NCBI GenBank assembly: GCA_036676275.1
Contig: JAKFDF010000064.1
Location: 1,044 to 65,043 of the forward strand
DNA length: 64,000 nt
Source of the DNA: Lysobacter sp.
GTDB lineage: Bacteria > Pseudomonadota > Gammaproteobacteria > Xanthomonadales > Xanthomonadaceae
Direction: 5' to 3'
The translations under genes were made by a program, and so were the position numbers. This document shows positions 23,859 to 34,110 of this stretch, one piece after another. The notes beneath the pieces are model-generated. The model ran no database searches and was not told the origin of the DNA. It saw nothing but the letters and a program-made list of their open reading frames with translations. The number at the start of each line of letters is the position of its first letter. Position 1 is the first letter of the stretch.

Positions 23859-23972
23859 GACCTTCTCCATGGACCGGCGGACACCCGCCGCAGCCGCAGC
23901 CTAGCCGCCCGCCTGTTAAGCAGGTGCTAGCCGGGCGGGCGCGGGCGCGATGCCGCTGCTAGCATCGCGGCC

Positions 23973-24566
23973 ATGACGCATGCCCCCAACCTGGTGCTGG
24001 TCGGCCCGATGGGCGCCGGCAAGAGCTCGATCGGCAAGCGCCTGGCCGAGCGTCTCGGGCTGCGTTTCGCCGACGCCGACCGCGACATCGAGCTGCGCAC
24101 CGGCGCCAGCGTCGGCACCATCTTCGACTGCGAGGGCGAGGCCGGTTTCCGCGCCCGCGAGAGCGCGGCGCTGGCGGCCTTGCTGGCCGGCAGCGGCCAG
24201 TTGATCGCCACCGGCGGCGGCGCGGTGCTCGATCCCGGCAACCGCAGCCGCCTGCGCGAGCGCGGTTTCGTGGTCTGGCTGCAGGTCGGGGTGGCGGCGC
24301 AACTGGAACGGCTGGCGCGCGACCGCACCCGGCCCCTGCTGCAACGCGCCGACCGCGAAGACGTGTTGCGGCAGCTCGCGCTCGAACGCGCGCCGCTGTA
24401 TGCCGAGGTCGCCGACCTCGCCTTCGACACCGACGGCCTGGCCGCCAGCGATGCCGCCTGCGCACTGGGCACGCTGCTGCGCGAGCGCTGGCAGCGCGGC
24501 GACGCGTTGCCTGTCGATGCCGCTGCAACGTGCAAACCACCGACCAATAACCGGGGATCGGCATGA
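23973..24566 (+). CDS. aroK: Shikimate kinase
   Basis: '[10 protein letters not shown]', 'GEAGFR', 'ATGGG', 'RTRPLL'. Confidence 0.95.
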   Translation: MTHAPNLVLVGPMGAGKSSIGKRLAERLGLRFADADRDIELRTGASVGTIFDCEGEAGFRARESAALAALLAGSGQLIATGGGAVLDPGNRSRLRERGFVVWLQVGVAAQLERLARDRTRPLLQRADREDVLRQLALERAPLYAEVADLAFDTDGLAASDAACALGTLLRERWQRGDALPVDAAATCKPPTNNRGSA

Positions 24567-25669
24567 ACGCCTCGGTGCAGACGATCGAGGTCGGCGGCAC
24601 GCCCCCCTATGCCATCCGCATCGGCCCGGGACTGCTCGACGACGGCGTCGCGCTGGCCGCGCACGTCCGCGGCCGCCACGTGCTGCTGGTCAGCGACAGC
24701 CAGGTCGGGCCGCTGTATGCCGCGCGCGTCGTCGCGGCACTGGCGCCGCATACCCGGGCGCAGGTCGTGGTCAGCTGCATCGCCGCCGGCGAGGCGTCGA
24801 AGTCGCTGGGCGGTTTTGCCGAGCTGCTGCGCGAACTGGCCGACATCCGGGCCACGCGCGACGCCTGCGTGTTCGCGCTGGGCGGCGGCGTGGTCGGCGA
24901 CCTCGCCGGTTTCGCCGCCGCCTGCTGGATGCGCGGCATCGACGTGGTGCAGCTGCCGACCACGCTGCTGGCCATGGTCGATTCCTCGGTCGGCGGCAAG
25001 ACCGCGATCGACCTGGCGCAGGGCAAGAACCTGGTCGGCGCGTTCCACCCGCCGCGCGCGGTATTCGCCGATACCACGACCCTGCGCACCCTGCCCGGGC
25101 GCGAACTGCGCGCCGGCCTCGCCGAGGTGATCAAGTACGGCGCGATCATGGACGCGCCGTTCCTGGACTGGCTCGATGCCCATGCCGACGCGCTGCTGGC
25201 GCGCGACGACGCCGCCCTGGCCGAAGCCATCGCCCGCAGCTGCGCGCACAAGGCCGCGATCGTCGCCCGCGACCCGCGCGAGCACGGCGAGCGCGCGCTG
25301 CTCAACTTCGGCCACACCTTCGCGCACGCGATCGAGGCCGAGCAGGGCTACGCCGGCGCCGGCGGCGAGGGCATGAACCATGGCGAGGCGGTCGCCGCCG
25401 GCATGCTGCTGGCCGCGCGCCTGTCCACCGTGCTCGGGCTCGGCACGGCAGCCGACGCCGAACGCCTGCGTGGGTTGCTCGACCGTTTCGGGCTGCCGTC
25501 CGCAGTGCCGCCTGGACTGGCCGCCGAAGCCCTGCTCGCACGCATGCGCCTGGACAAGAAGGCCGCCGCGACCGGCCTGCGCTTCGTCCTGTGGAAAGGC
25601 CCCGGTGCCGCGCAACTGGTCGCCGACGTCCCCGACGAGGCCGTGCTGGGCGTGCTGCGCCCCTCCTGA
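24563..25669 (+). CDS. aroB: 3-dehydroquinate synthase
   Basis: '[11 protein letters not shown]', '[16 protein letters not shown]', '[12 protein letters not shown]', 'HGEAVA'; ATGA overlap with aroK. Confidence 0.96.
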   Translation: MNASVQTIEVGGTPPYAIRIGPGLLDDGVALAAHVRGRHVLLVSDSQVGPLYAARVVAALAPHTRAQVVVSCIAAGEASKSLGGFAELLRELADIRATRDACVFALGGGVVGDLAGFAAACWMRGIDVVQLPTTLLAMVDSSVGGKTAIDLAQGKNLVGAFHPPRAVFADTTTLRTLPGRELRAGLAEVIKYGAIMDAPFLDWLDAHADALLARDDAALAEAIARSCAHKAAIVARDPREHGERALLNFGHTFAHAIEAEQGYAGAGGEGMNHGEAVAAGMLLAARLSTVLGLGTAADAERLRGLLDRFGLPSAVPPGLAAEALLARMRLDKKAAATGLRFVLWKGPGAAQLVADVPDEAVLGVLRPS

Positions 25670-25711
25670 ACCGCGCGGCCGCGAGCCGCGCCGCGGCTAC
25701 AATGGCCGGCC

Positions 25712-25966
25712 ATGCGCATGCTGCTGCAACAACGCCCCGACGGCCGCGAAGCCCCGCGCTTCGTGCAACTGATGCTCGAGCCCGACCTGCTGGGCGGCTG
25801 GACGCTGGTCCGCGAAACCGGGCAGATCGGCGGCCGCAGCACCCTGCGCCGCGAGCAGTACCTCGACCAGGCCAGCGCCCAGGCCGCGTTCGAGCATGCC
25901 CGCGACCTGCAGTTGAAGAAGGGTTTCCAGCTGATGTTCGCCCAGGGCGCGGAAGCGCCGAAATGA
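25712..25966 (+). CDS. Stand-alone WGR-like domain protein
   Basis: 'RFVQLMLEPDLLGGWTLVRETGQIGG...QLKKGF' matches the bacterial WGR pattern; TACAAT -10-like box upstream. Confidence 0.75.
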   Translation: MRMLLQQRPDGREAPRFVQLMLEPDLLGGWTLVRETGQIGGRSTLRREQYLDQASAQAAFEHARDLQLKKGFQLMFAQGAEAPK

Positions 25967-26050
25967 GAACCCTGCGCGGAAGCGGCGAACTGAATGCCCT
26001 GCGCGGAAGCGCCGGAATGGAAACCAGCGCATGGACGCGCAGGAGCGAAA
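25944..26050. repeat. 27-bp-period degenerate tandem repeat (3 good copies plus 1 decayed)
   Basis: GCGCGGAAGC at 25947, 25974 and 26001; decayed copy near 26027. Confidence 0.8.
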
Positions 26051-26101
26051 AGCCCGCCACCGCGACACCGCGGTCCTGAAGACCTGCCAGCGAGAACCGA
26101 T

Positions 26102-27190
26102 TTGCCAGCCCCCCTGAACAACGACCGCCTGCTGCGCGCCCTGCGTCGCGAACCCGTCGACCGCACCCCGGTCTGGCTGATGCGCCAGGCCGGCCGCTAC
26201 CTGCCCGAATACCGTGCGACCCGCGCGCGCGCCGGCAGTTTCCTGGCGATGGCCAAGAACCCGGAGCTGGCCTGCGAAGTCACCCTGCAGCCGCTGCGCC
26301 GCTTCCCGCTCGATGCCGCGATCCTGTTTTCGGACATCCTCACCATTCCCGACGCGATGGGACTGGGCCTGCATTTCGCCGACGGCGAAGGCCCGAAGTT
26401 CGAGCGCCCGGTGCGCACCGCCGCCGACATCGCCAGGCTCGGCGTGCCGGACATGGAAACCGAACTGCGCTACGTGATGGACGCGGTGCGCACGATCCGC
26501 CGCGAACTCGATACTGGTGACGGCGTGGGCAAGGTCCCGCTGATCGGTTTTTCCGGCAGCCCGTGGACGCTGGCCTGCTACATGGTCGAAGGCGGCGGCA
26601 GCAAGGATTACGCCCGCATCAAGGCGATGGCGCTCAACGACCCGAAGGCGCTGCATGCGCTGCTGTCGGTCAACACCGATGCGGTGGTCGCCTACCTGTC
26701 CGCGCAGCGCGCGGCCGGCGCGCAGGCGCTGCAGGTGTTCGACACCTGGGGCGGCGTGCTGTCGCCGGCGATGTACCGCGAATTCTCGTTGCCCTACCTC
26801 GTCCGCATCGCGCGCGAGCTGCCGCGCGGCGCGGGCGCGCAACGCACGCCGCTGATCCTGTTCGGCAAGGGCAACGCGGCGCACCTGGAAGCGCTGGCGG
26901 ACTCCGGCGCCGAAGCCATCGGCGTCGACTGGCTGGTCGACGCCGGCGACGCCGCGCGCCGCATGCAGGGCAAGGTCGCGCTGCAGGGCAACCTCGACCC
27001 GGCGGTCCTGTACGGCGCGCCCGATGCGATCCGCGCGCAGGTGCGCAGCGTGCTCGACAGCCATGCCGCCGGCAACGGCGGTTCGCGCGAGGGCCACGTG
27101 TTCAACCTCGGCCACGGCATGTCGCCGGACATGGACCCGGAACACGTGGCGGTGCTGGTGGATGAAGTGCACGCGTACAGCGCACGCTAG
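26102..27190 (+). CDS. hemE: Uroporphyrinogen decarboxylase
   Basis: '[15 protein letters not shown]', 'AILFSDIL', '[13 protein letters not shown]', 'LQGNLDP', 'FNLGHG'; start probably TTG 26102. Confidence 0.96.
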   Translation: MPAPLNNDRLLRALRREPVDRTPVWLMRQAGRYLPEYRATRARAGSFLAMAKNPELACEVTLQPLRRFPLDAAILFSDILTIPDAMGLGLHFADGEGPKFERPVRTAADIARLGVPDMETELRYVMDAVRTIRRELDTGDGVGKVPLIGFSGSPWTLACYMVEGGGSKDYARIKAMALNDPKALHALLSVNTDAVVAYLSAQRAAGAQALQVFDTWGGVLSPAMYREFSLPYLVRIARELPRGAGAQRTPLILFGKGNAAHLEALADSGAEAIGVDWLVDAGDAARRMQGKVALQGNLDPAVLYGAPDAIRAQVRSVLDSHAAGNGGSREGHVFNLGHGMSPDMDPEHVAVLVDEVHAYSAR

Positions 27191-27301
27191 CGCCGGAAAC
27201 GGATCCGGCGCCACGACCGCCGCCATGCGTCGCCATGGCGTGGTTGCGCCGGCCACGCGGCGCCACTAGGCTCCAGCCAGGCCAGGCATGGGGAGTGGGC
27301 G

Positions 27302-28363
27302 ATGACCAGGGTATTGCTGCTGCTGGCGGTCCTGCTGCTTTCCGGCGTCGCGATCGCGGCGCAGCCGGACGGCAAGCCGTCCGGGTATTTCGACAACAGC
27401 GGCCGCGACGACGTCCTCTCCGGCGGCGTGCGCATGATTCCGATCCACACCCCGGCCGGCGACTTCACGGTCTGGACCAAGCGCGTCGGCAACAACCCGA
27501 CGCTCAAGGTGCTGCTGCTGCATGGCGGCCCCGGCGCCACCCACGAGTACTTCGAGGCGTTCGACAGCTGGTTCCCCGGCGCCGGCATCGAGTACTACTA
27601 CTACGACCAGCTCGGCTCGGCCTACAGCGACCAGCCCGGGGACATGGCGCCGCTGCTCTCGACCGCGCGCTACGTCGAGGAAGTCGAGCAGGTGCGCCTG
27701 GCGCTGGGCCTGGACCGCGACGATTTCTGCCTGCTCGGGCATTCCTGGGGCGGGATCCTCGCGATCGAGTACGCGCTGAAGTACCAGCAGCACCTCAAGT
27801 GCCTGGTGATCTCGAACATGATGTCGAGCATCCCGGCGTACAACCGCTACGCCCACGACGTGCTGATGCCGGCGATGGACCAGGCCGCGCTCAAGGAGAT
27901 CCTGGCCCTGGAGGCGGCCAAGCGGTACGACGATCCGCGCTACGAGGCGCTGCTGCAGCCCTTCTACGAGCAGCACATCCTGCGCATGCCCGCGGCGCAG
28001 TGGCCGGAGCCGGCCTTGCGCTCGTTCGCGCATATGAACAAGGCCGTGTACGTGCCGATGCAGGGCCCCAGCGAACTGGGCGCGAGCGGCATCCTCGCCG
28101 ACTGGGACCGCACCGCCGACCTGCACGAAATCGCCGTGCCGACGCTGGTGGTCGGCGCCGGCCACGACACCATGGACCCGGCATTCATGGAAAAGATGTC
28201 GGCACTGCTGCCCGATGGCCGTTACCTGTACTGCCCGGAGGGCGGCCACATGGCGATGTACGACGACCAGGCGACCTACATGGCGGGCGTGATCGGCTTC
28301 CTGCACGAGGTCGACGCCGCCGCGGCCGAGCCACGCGCGCAAGCGCCTGCAGCGGCGGAATAG
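27302..28363 (+). CDS. Secreted proline iminopeptidase-family alpha/beta hydrolase
   Basis: Signal peptide, 'LHGGPG', nucleophile motif 'GHSWGG', 'HDT', 'GGHMAM'. Confidence 0.85.
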   Translation: MTRVLLLLAVLLLSGVAIAAQPDGKPSGYFDNSGRDDVLSGGVRMIPIHTPAGDFTVWTKRVGNNPTLKVLLLHGGPGATHEYFEAFDSWFPGAGIEYYYYDQLGSAYSDQPGDMAPLLSTARYVEEVEQVRLALGLDRDDFCLLGHSWGGILAIEYALKYQQHLKCLVISNMMSSIPAYNRYAHDVLMPAMDQAALKEILALEAAKRYDDPRYEALLQPFYEQHILRMPAAQWPEPALRSFAHMNKAVYVPMQGPSELGASGILADWDRTADLHEIAVPTLVVGAGHDTMDPAFMEKMSALLPDGRYLYCPEGGHMAMYDDQATYMAGVIGFLHEVDAAAAEPRAQAPAAAE

Positions 28364-28369
28364 CGCGGT

Positions 28370-31300
28370 TCAGGCATCGGCCGGCAGCGACGCGGCAACG
28401 GCCTGCTCGATCGCCTCGGCCAGCATCGCCCCGGTCAGCGGCTTGCGCAGGAAACCATCGAAACCGGCCGCGCGCGCCTGCGGTTCGGCCCCGGCGTCGG
28501 CGCGCGCGGTGACCGCGAGCAGCGGCGCATCGAATCCCTGGGCGCGCAACGCGCGTGCCAGCGCCAGGCCATCCATGCCCGGCAGGTCGAGGTCGAGCAG
28601 CGCGACGTCGAAATGCGCCCCCGCGACCGCGCCCAGCGCCGCCAGCCCGTGTGCGGCATGGATCGCGCGATGGCCCTGGGCGTGGAGCAGGCCGACGATC
28701 ACTTCGGCCACGGTTGGGTCGTCCTCCACCAGCAGCAATTCCAGCGCGCGTGCGGTAGCGGGTGCCGGAACGGCAGCGTTCGCCACCGGGACGACCGCAT
28801 CGGCGGCCGGCAACGGCAACTCGAGCGTGAAGCGGGCACCCTCGCCCGGGCTGCTGTCGACTTCGATCCGCCCGCCCATCGCCGCGGCCAGCTCCTGGCT
28901 GATCGCGAGCCCCAGGCCGCTGCCGCCGTAGCGCGCGGTGGTGCGCGTGCCTTCGGCCTGCTCGAAGCGCTGGAACAGGCGCGCCTTCTGCTCCTCGTCG
29001 AGCCCGGGACCGGTGTCGCTGACGACGAAGCGGACGCCGCCAGGCGCGGCGGCCGTCGTGGCCACCGCCAGGCCGACTTCGCCATGCTCGGTGAACTTGA
29101 TCGCGTTGCCGACCAGGTTGAGCAGGACCTGCTTGATCCGCAACGCATCGCCGAGCAGGGCCTGGGGAACGTCCGCATCGACCTGCTGCGCGAAACGCAA
29201 TCCTTTCTGCCGCGCCACCGGCGCCTGCAGCGCAACGACCTCGGCGAGCAGTGCGCGCAAGGCAAAAGGCTGCGCATCGAGCTCCAGCTTGCCGGCTTCG
29301 ATCCGCGCCAGGTCGAGCGCGTCGTTGACCAGCCGCAACAGGTGGTTGCCGGCGCGGCGGATGGATTCGGTGTAGCCGCGCTGGCGTTCGTCCAGCCGCG
29401 TGCCCAGCAGCAGTTCGCTCATGCCGAGCACGCCCGTCATCGGCGTGCGCACCTCGTGGCCGAGGGTGGCGAGGAACCGGGTCTTGGCCAGCGAGGCCTG
29501 CTCGGCGAGCTCGCGTTCGTGCGCGATCAATTGCAGCGCGTGGCGCTGCTTCAGGCGCTCGCGATAGGCCGCGGCGGCCCACCACAGCAGCAACCCGACC
29601 AGCGCGGCCAATCCGGCCAGCGCCCACGGCGTGCGCCACCACGGCGGCAGCACGCGCCAGCGCAGCACCTGCTCGGGCGAACGGTTGCCCGCGGCATCGC
29701 TGGCGCGCAGGTGCAGGACGTAATCGCCGGGCTGCAGGCCGCTGAAGATGCGCTCGCCGCTGGCCCCCTGGCCGACCCAGTCGCGGTCGTAGCCCTCCAA
29801 TCGGCTGGCATAGCGGTTGGCGAGCGGGTCGGCATACGCCAGCAGGCGCGTGCGCACGCGCAGTTCGCGCATCTGCGGCGATAGCTCGATCGCGCCCGCG
29901 GGCAACGGCTGCCAACGGCCTTCGCGCCGCACTGCGACCTGGTCGATGCGCAGGCCGGGCTGCGCCGGTGCCGGGTCCGGCGCCGTGGTGTCGACCAGGA
30001 CGACACCGCCATCGGTCGTGGTGGCGGCCAGCACGCCGGCATCGGTCAGGGCGATGCCGTGGGCCTCGAATTCCTGGCTGCTGAGCCCGTCCTGGACTCC
30101 GAACCGGCGCAGGTGGCGTGCCGCCGGATTCCAGCGGAACAGGCCGCGCGTGGTCGACAGCCAGACGCGATGCTCGCGATCGATGGCCATGCCCGCGGCT
30201 TCGACGGCCGGGATGCCTTCGCCGGGCCCGGCCACGGCGCTGCGCTGCCAGGTGCCGCGCACGCGCCGGTATTGTTCCAGCCCGGTAAGGCGCGACAGCC
30301 AGAGCGTGTCGGCGCCATCGAAGGACAGCGCATAGACGCGACCGTCGCCCATGGAAGGCACCGGTTCGAAGCGATCGCGCTCGGCTTGCCAGAACGCAAC
30401 ACCGCGATCGCCTGCGATCCACAAGCCTCCACCGGGCGCGAACTCCATCGCCTCGATGTCGGCGCCGCCCAGGCCGTGGCTGTCGGCGGGCAGGCTGCGC
30501 AGCACCTTGCCGCTGTCGCTGTCGCGCTGCTGCACGCCGCCGCCGCTGGACGACAGCCACAGGCTGCCGTCGGGCGCGATCCGCAGGATGTCGACGCCGG
30601 GCAGGATCGGATCGAGCGCGTCGTTCGCCTTCCACTGCTGGACGTGGCCGTCGCCGTCGATGCGTACCAATACGTTTCGCTCGCCGGCCCAGAGCGTGCC
30701 ACGCGGGTCTTCGACGATGGCCGCGAGCTTGGTCGCCTGCAGCGCTTCGATGGTCGCCTGCGGCAGGTGCTCGACGCTGCCGTCGGCGGCCAGCCGCTCC
30801 GGTGCGCCGACATTGCTGGCCAGCCACACGCCGCCGTGCAACGCCGGCGCGACGCCGCGGTAGAGCGCGCCGGTAAGCCCGTCGTCGCTGCGCGCGAACT
30901 GCGCCAGCTGGCGCCAGTCGGCGCGCAGGTAGCCCAGGCCGATGCCCGGGATCGGCGCCCACAGCGCGCCATCGGGCTGCAGCAGCAGCGACGCCACCGC
31001 CTTGTTGATGCCCGGGCCGTTCTCATGCACCGGCACCGGGATGCCGTCGGCGCGCGTGCGCCACAACCCGCGCTGGCTGCCGATCCAGAACTGCCCGTCG
31101 CGGTCGCGCGCCAGCGCCATCATCGCGTTGGGTTGCTCGAACATCGGCGCCCACGACGGCGCCACCCAGCGCCCGTCGCCGCCGCGGCGCCACGGCCCGG
31201 TGCTGGTGCCGGCCCAGAGCCCGTCGCCGTCGACCGTCAGCGAGAACGCCAGCGGATCGGGCCGCCTGCCCGGCAGCGCGACGCGCTCGAAGTCCTTGCC

Positions 31301-31909
31301 GGTCCAGCGCGCGACGCCGCGCGTGGTGCCGACCCACAGGCTGCCCTGCGGATCGAACGCCAGCGTCAGCACGGTGTCGGCCGGCAGGCTGCGCGGATCC
31401 GCGTCGACGGGCATGTAGCGGGTGATGCGGCCGTCGCGGTCGAGGCGATGCAGGCCGCCGCCGTAGGTGCCGAACCACACCGCGCCGTCGCGGCTGGCGA
31501 TCGCCCAGGTGTCGTCGCTGCCGATCCGCGGATCGTCGGCCATGCGGTAATGGCGGAAGTGTTGCCGTTGCGCATCGAGCACGCTGAGCCCGCCGGCCTC
31601 GGTCGCGATCCAGATCCGGTCCTGCGCGTCGATGTGCAGGGCCTGGACGTTGTTGCCCGGCAGCGAAGCGGCATCGCCGGGGACGTTGCGCCAGATGCGG
31701 AAACCGACGCCGTCGTAACGCGCCAGTCCGTCGGGCGTCGCCAGCCAGAGATAACCGGCATGGTCGCGGGCGACCACGTTGATGCTGCTCGAAGGCATGC
31801 CTTCGGCGACGCCGACCAGGCGGAAACGCGGCGTTTCCGGCACCCCGGCCCAGGCCAGCGACCCCCACAGCCACAACAGTCCCGACAGCATCCATGCGAT
31901 GCGCGACAT
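28370..31909 (-). CDS. Hybrid sensor histidine kinase: periplasmic beta-propeller (Reg_prop repeats, Y_Y_Y), HisKA, HATPase, REC
   Basis: Repeated 'D..G.LW.GT..GL', 'YVLHLRA', TM helix, H-box 'LGHEVRTPM', 'NLVGNAIKFT', 'GGSGLGL', REC 'DLDLPGMDG'; start MSRIAWM at 31909. Confidence 0.92.
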   Translation of the reverse strand: MSRIAWMLSGLLWLWGSLAWAGVPETPRFRLVGVAEGMPSSSINVVARDHAGYLWLATPDGLARYDGVGFRIWRNVPGDAASLPGNNVQALHIDAQDRIWIATEAGGLSVLDAQRQHFRHYRMADDPRIGSDDTWAIASRDGAVWFGTYGGGLHRLDRDGRITRYMPVDADPRSLPADTVLTLAFDPQGSLWVGTTRGVARWTGKDFERVALPGRRPDPLAFSLTVDGDGLWAGTSTGPWRRGGDGRWVAPSWAPMFEQPNAMMALARDRDGQFWIGSQRGLWRTRADGIPVPVHENGPGINKAVASLLLQPDGALWAPIPGIGLGYLRADWRQLAQFARSDDGLTGALYRGVAPALHGGVWLASNVGAPERLAADGSVEHLPQATIEALQATKLAAIVEDPRGTLWAGERNVLVRIDGDGHVQQWKANDALDPILPGVDILRIAPDGSLWLSSSGGGVQQRDSDSGKVLRSLPADSHGLGGADIEAMEFAPGGGLWIAGDRGVAFWQAERDRFEPVPSMGDGRVYALSFDGADTLWLSRLTGLEQYRRVRGTWQRSAVAGPGEGIPAVEAAGMAIDREHRVWLSTTRGLFRWNPAARHLRRFGVQDGLSSQEFEAHGIALTDAGVLAATTTDGGVVLVDTTAPDPAPAQPGLRIDQVAVRREGRWQPLPAGAIELSPQMRELRVRTRLLAYADPLANRYASRLEGYDRDWVGQGASGERIFSGLQPGDYVLHLRASDAAGNRSPEQVLRWRVLPPWWRTPWALAGLAALVGLLLWWAAAAYRERLKQRHALQLIAHERELAEQASLAKTRFLATLGHEVRTPMTGVLGMSELLLGTRLDERQRGYTESIRRAGNHLLRLVNDALDLARIEAGKLELDAQPFALRALLAEVVALQAPVARQKGLRFAQQVDADVPQALLGDALRIKQVLLNLVGNAIKFTEHGEVGLAVATTAAAPGGVRFVVSDTGPGLDEEQKARLFQRFEQAEGTRTTARYGGSGLGLAISQELAAAMGGRIEVDSSPGEGARFTLELPLPAADAVVPVANAAVPAPATARALELLLVEDDPTVAEVIVGLLHAQGHRAIHAAHGLAALGAVAGAHFDVALLDLDLPGMDGLALARALRAQGFDAPLLAVTARADAGAEPQARAAGFDGFLRKPLTGAMLAEAIEQAVAASLPADA

Positions 31910-32046
31910 GGCAGTCCCCTGCATTGCGGCCGCGTTGCGCGGCGCACGTCCCCGCCGGCATGGTCGCAACCCCGGTCGGCGCCCGCAAGTCGCAGCGTTC
32001 CGCGGTTGCTGCGCGGGATTCAGCCGATCCGGCCTAGAATCGCGGC

Positions 32047-32808
32047 ATGACGCCCCGCCTGCCGACGCCGCCACGCCTGCGACCACGCCCGATGGCGGGC
32101 GCCTGGCTGCTGCTTGGCGTGCTCGCGTCGCCGTCGCCGCTGCTGGCGCAGGCCGCGGGCTACCGGCTCGATCCGGTGCACACGCGGGTGCTGTTCGGGG
32201 TCAGCCATGCCGGTTTCTCGACCGCGCTGGGCACCGTGTCCGGCAGCACCGGCATGCTGGTGTTCGACCCGGACGACTGGAGCAGCGCGCGGCTGCAGGT
32301 CGAAGTGCCGCTGGCGCGGGCCGACATGGGTGACGCGCGCTGGAACCGCGCCGTGCTCGCCGGCAACATGCTCGACACCGCGCGCTTCCCGACCGCCTCT
32401 TTCGTTTCCAGCCGGATCGAACAGGCCGACCCGACCCATGCCCGCGTGTGCGGCACGCTGACCCTGCACGGGGTCGCGCGCGATCAATGCCTGGACGTGA
32501 CCTTCAACCAGCTCCGGCGCGACCCGGTGCCGCCGTTCCGGCGCACCGCCGGTTTTTCCGCGACCGCAACGCTCAAGCGCAGCGACTTCGGCATCGACGC
32601 CTGGAAAAGCATGATCGGCGACGAGGTCGAATTGCGGATCGAGGTCGAGGCGGTGCGCGATGGCGATGTGCTCGACACCATCGACGCCCATCCCGCGCCC
32701 GAGGCAATCCCGGTGCCGCCGCCCACCGACGACAGCGCGCCAGCGCCACCCGACGAAAGCGAACCGACGCCGCCCCCCGAGCCTGGAACCGTGGACAAGC
32801 CGTCGTGA
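32047..32808 (+). CDS. YceI family periplasmic protein with Pro-rich C-terminal tail
   Basis: 'YRLDPVHTRVLF..SHAGFS', 'FPTASF', 'GTLTLHG', 'GFSATATLKRSDFG'; start could be 32092. Confidence 0.88.
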   Translation: MTPRLPTPPRLRPRPMAGAWLLLGVLASPSPLLAQAAGYRLDPVHTRVLFGVSHAGFSTALGTVSGSTGMLVFDPDDWSSARLQVEVPLARADMGDARWNRAVLAGNMLDTARFPTASFVSSRIEQADPTHARVCGTLTLHGVARDQCLDVTFNQLRRDPVPPFRRTAGFSATATLKRSDFGIDAWKSMIGDEVELRIEVEAVRDGDVLDTIDAHPAPEAIPVPPPTDDSAPAPPDESEPTPPPEPGTVDKPS

Positions 32809-33386
32809 GCATGAAGAATCCCGACGATCGCTGGGGCGTGGTCAGCCAGTCGCTGCACTGGCTGGTCGTGGTGTTGATCCTGGTGATGGCCTACCTGGGC
32901 CTGACCATGACCGACCTGCCCAACACGCCGTACAAGATCCGCGTCTATGCCCTGCACAAGTCGATCGGCCTGGGCATCCTGGCGCTGGTCGCGCTGCGGC
33001 TGCTGTGGCGCTGGTACGCCGGTGCGCCGCGCGAACTGCCGGGCCCGGGCTGGCAACGGCGCGCCGCCGCGCTCACCCATGCCGGCTTGTACCTGCTGCT
33101 GTTCGCGGTGCCGGTCAGCGGCTGGGTGATGAATTCCGCCGCCGGCTTCCCGCTGCCGTGGTTCGGGCTGGTGCACCTGCCGCCGCTGGTCGGGCACGAC
33201 GAAGCCTTGCACGAACTCAGCGAGGACTGGCACGAATGGCTGTTCTGGGCGCTGGTCGGGCTGTCGCTGGCGCACGCGGCCGCGGCGTTCTGGCACCACC
33301 TGTTCCAGCGCGACGCGACCTTGGCGCGGATGCTGCCGCGGCGCTGGGTGCGCGTTCCCGTATCCGAGGATCCTGCCGATGCGTAA
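32805..33386 (+). CDS. Cytochrome b561 (YceJ-like)
   Basis: 'SLHW', 'LHKSIG', 'VSGW', 'WHEW', 'HAAAAFWHH...D.TL.RM'; GTG 32805 or ATG 32811. Confidence 0.9.
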   Translation: MSMKNPDDRWGVVSQSLHWLVVVLILVMAYLGLTMTDLPNTPYKIRVYALHKSIGLGILALVALRLLWRWYAGAPRELPGPGWQRRAAALTHAGLYLLLFAVPVSGWVMNSAAGFPLPWFGLVHLPPLVGHDEALHELSEDWHEWLFWALVGLSLAHAAAAFWHHLFQRDATLARMLPRRWVRVPVSEDPADA

Positions 33387-33924
33387 ATCCCTTTGCGTTG
33401 CATTGCTCGCGCTGGTCGCGATGCCGGCGTTCGCCGCCGACTACGTGCAGGCGCCGGGTTCGGCGCTGGCATTCGGCGGCATGTACCAGGGCGAGCCGTT
33501 CTCCGGGCGCTTCCCCGGTTTCGATACCCGGCTGAGCTTCGACCCGGGCGACCTGGCCTCGGCACGACTCGAGGTGACCATCCCGCTGGCCACCGCGACC
33601 ACCGCCAATGCCGACTACGACGGCGAACTGCGCGGCGAAGCTTTCTTCGACAGCGCGAAATTCCCGCAGGCGCAATATCGCGCGACCGGGTTCCGCAGCC
33701 TCGGCGGCAACCGGTACGCCGCCGACGGCACGCTGTCGCTGCACGGCGTCGACAAGCCGGTCACACTGACCTTCACCTGGACCCCGGGCGCGCAGCCGGT
33801 GCTGGCCGGCAAGGCTACGGTGCGACGGCTCGACTTCAACGTCGGCGGCGGCGACTGGGCCGACACCAGCCTGATCCCGAACGAGATCGCGATCAGCACC
33901 CGAGTGCTCCTCACCCCGCGCTGA
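33379..33924 (+). CDS. YceI family periplasmic protein
   Basis: Signal peptide AFA, 'FFDSAKFPQA', 'GTLSLHG', 'RLDFNVGGGDW'. Confidence 0.9.
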   Translation: MRKSLCVALLALVAMPAFAADYVQAPGSALAFGGMYQGEPFSGRFPGFDTRLSFDPGDLASARLEVTIPLATATTANADYDGELRGEAFFDSAKFPQAQYRATGFRSLGGNRYAADGTLSLHGVDKPVTLTFTWTPGAQPVLAGKATVRRLDFNVGGGDWADTSLIPNEIAISTRVLLTPR

Positions 33925-33992
33925 TTCGCCCGAAGGCGGCGTAAGCGGCGATAGCTTTTTCGCTACGGTAAAAAAGCCGCCGTATCTCCGGC

Positions 33993-34110
33993 CGGGGTGG
34001 CGTGCAGGGGAAGCGTGGAACCGCAGCGGCCATGGATGGCCGCGGAAGCGACATCAGTCAGGACGACTGGAAGGAGCGGCGGGGCCACGCTTCCCCTGCA
34101 CGCCACCTCG
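33993..34110. repeat. Long intergenic inverted repeat enclosing two small hairpins
   Basis: GGTGGCGTGCAGGGGAAGCGTGG (33996-34018) is the exact reverse complement of 34085-34107; 66-nt spacer contains GCGGCCA-TGGA-TGGCCGC and CAGTC-AGGAC-GACTG. Confidence 0.85.

Noticed and set aside
25944-26050. Possible mini-CRISPR
   Set aside because: Repeats are contiguous 27-bp degenerate units with no unique spacers, and no cas genes are present
25994-26101. ATG 25994 as the hemE start
   Set aside because: It adds 36 non-homologous residues derived from the repeat; homology starts near 'NNDRLLRAL'
34054-34080. Resemblance to SRP RNA domain IV (TCAGG...GGAAGGA.GC.GC)
   Set aside because: It lacks the GGTCC-GGAA-GGA tetraloop stem; local pairing is CAGTC/GACTG instead, so it is not called ffs
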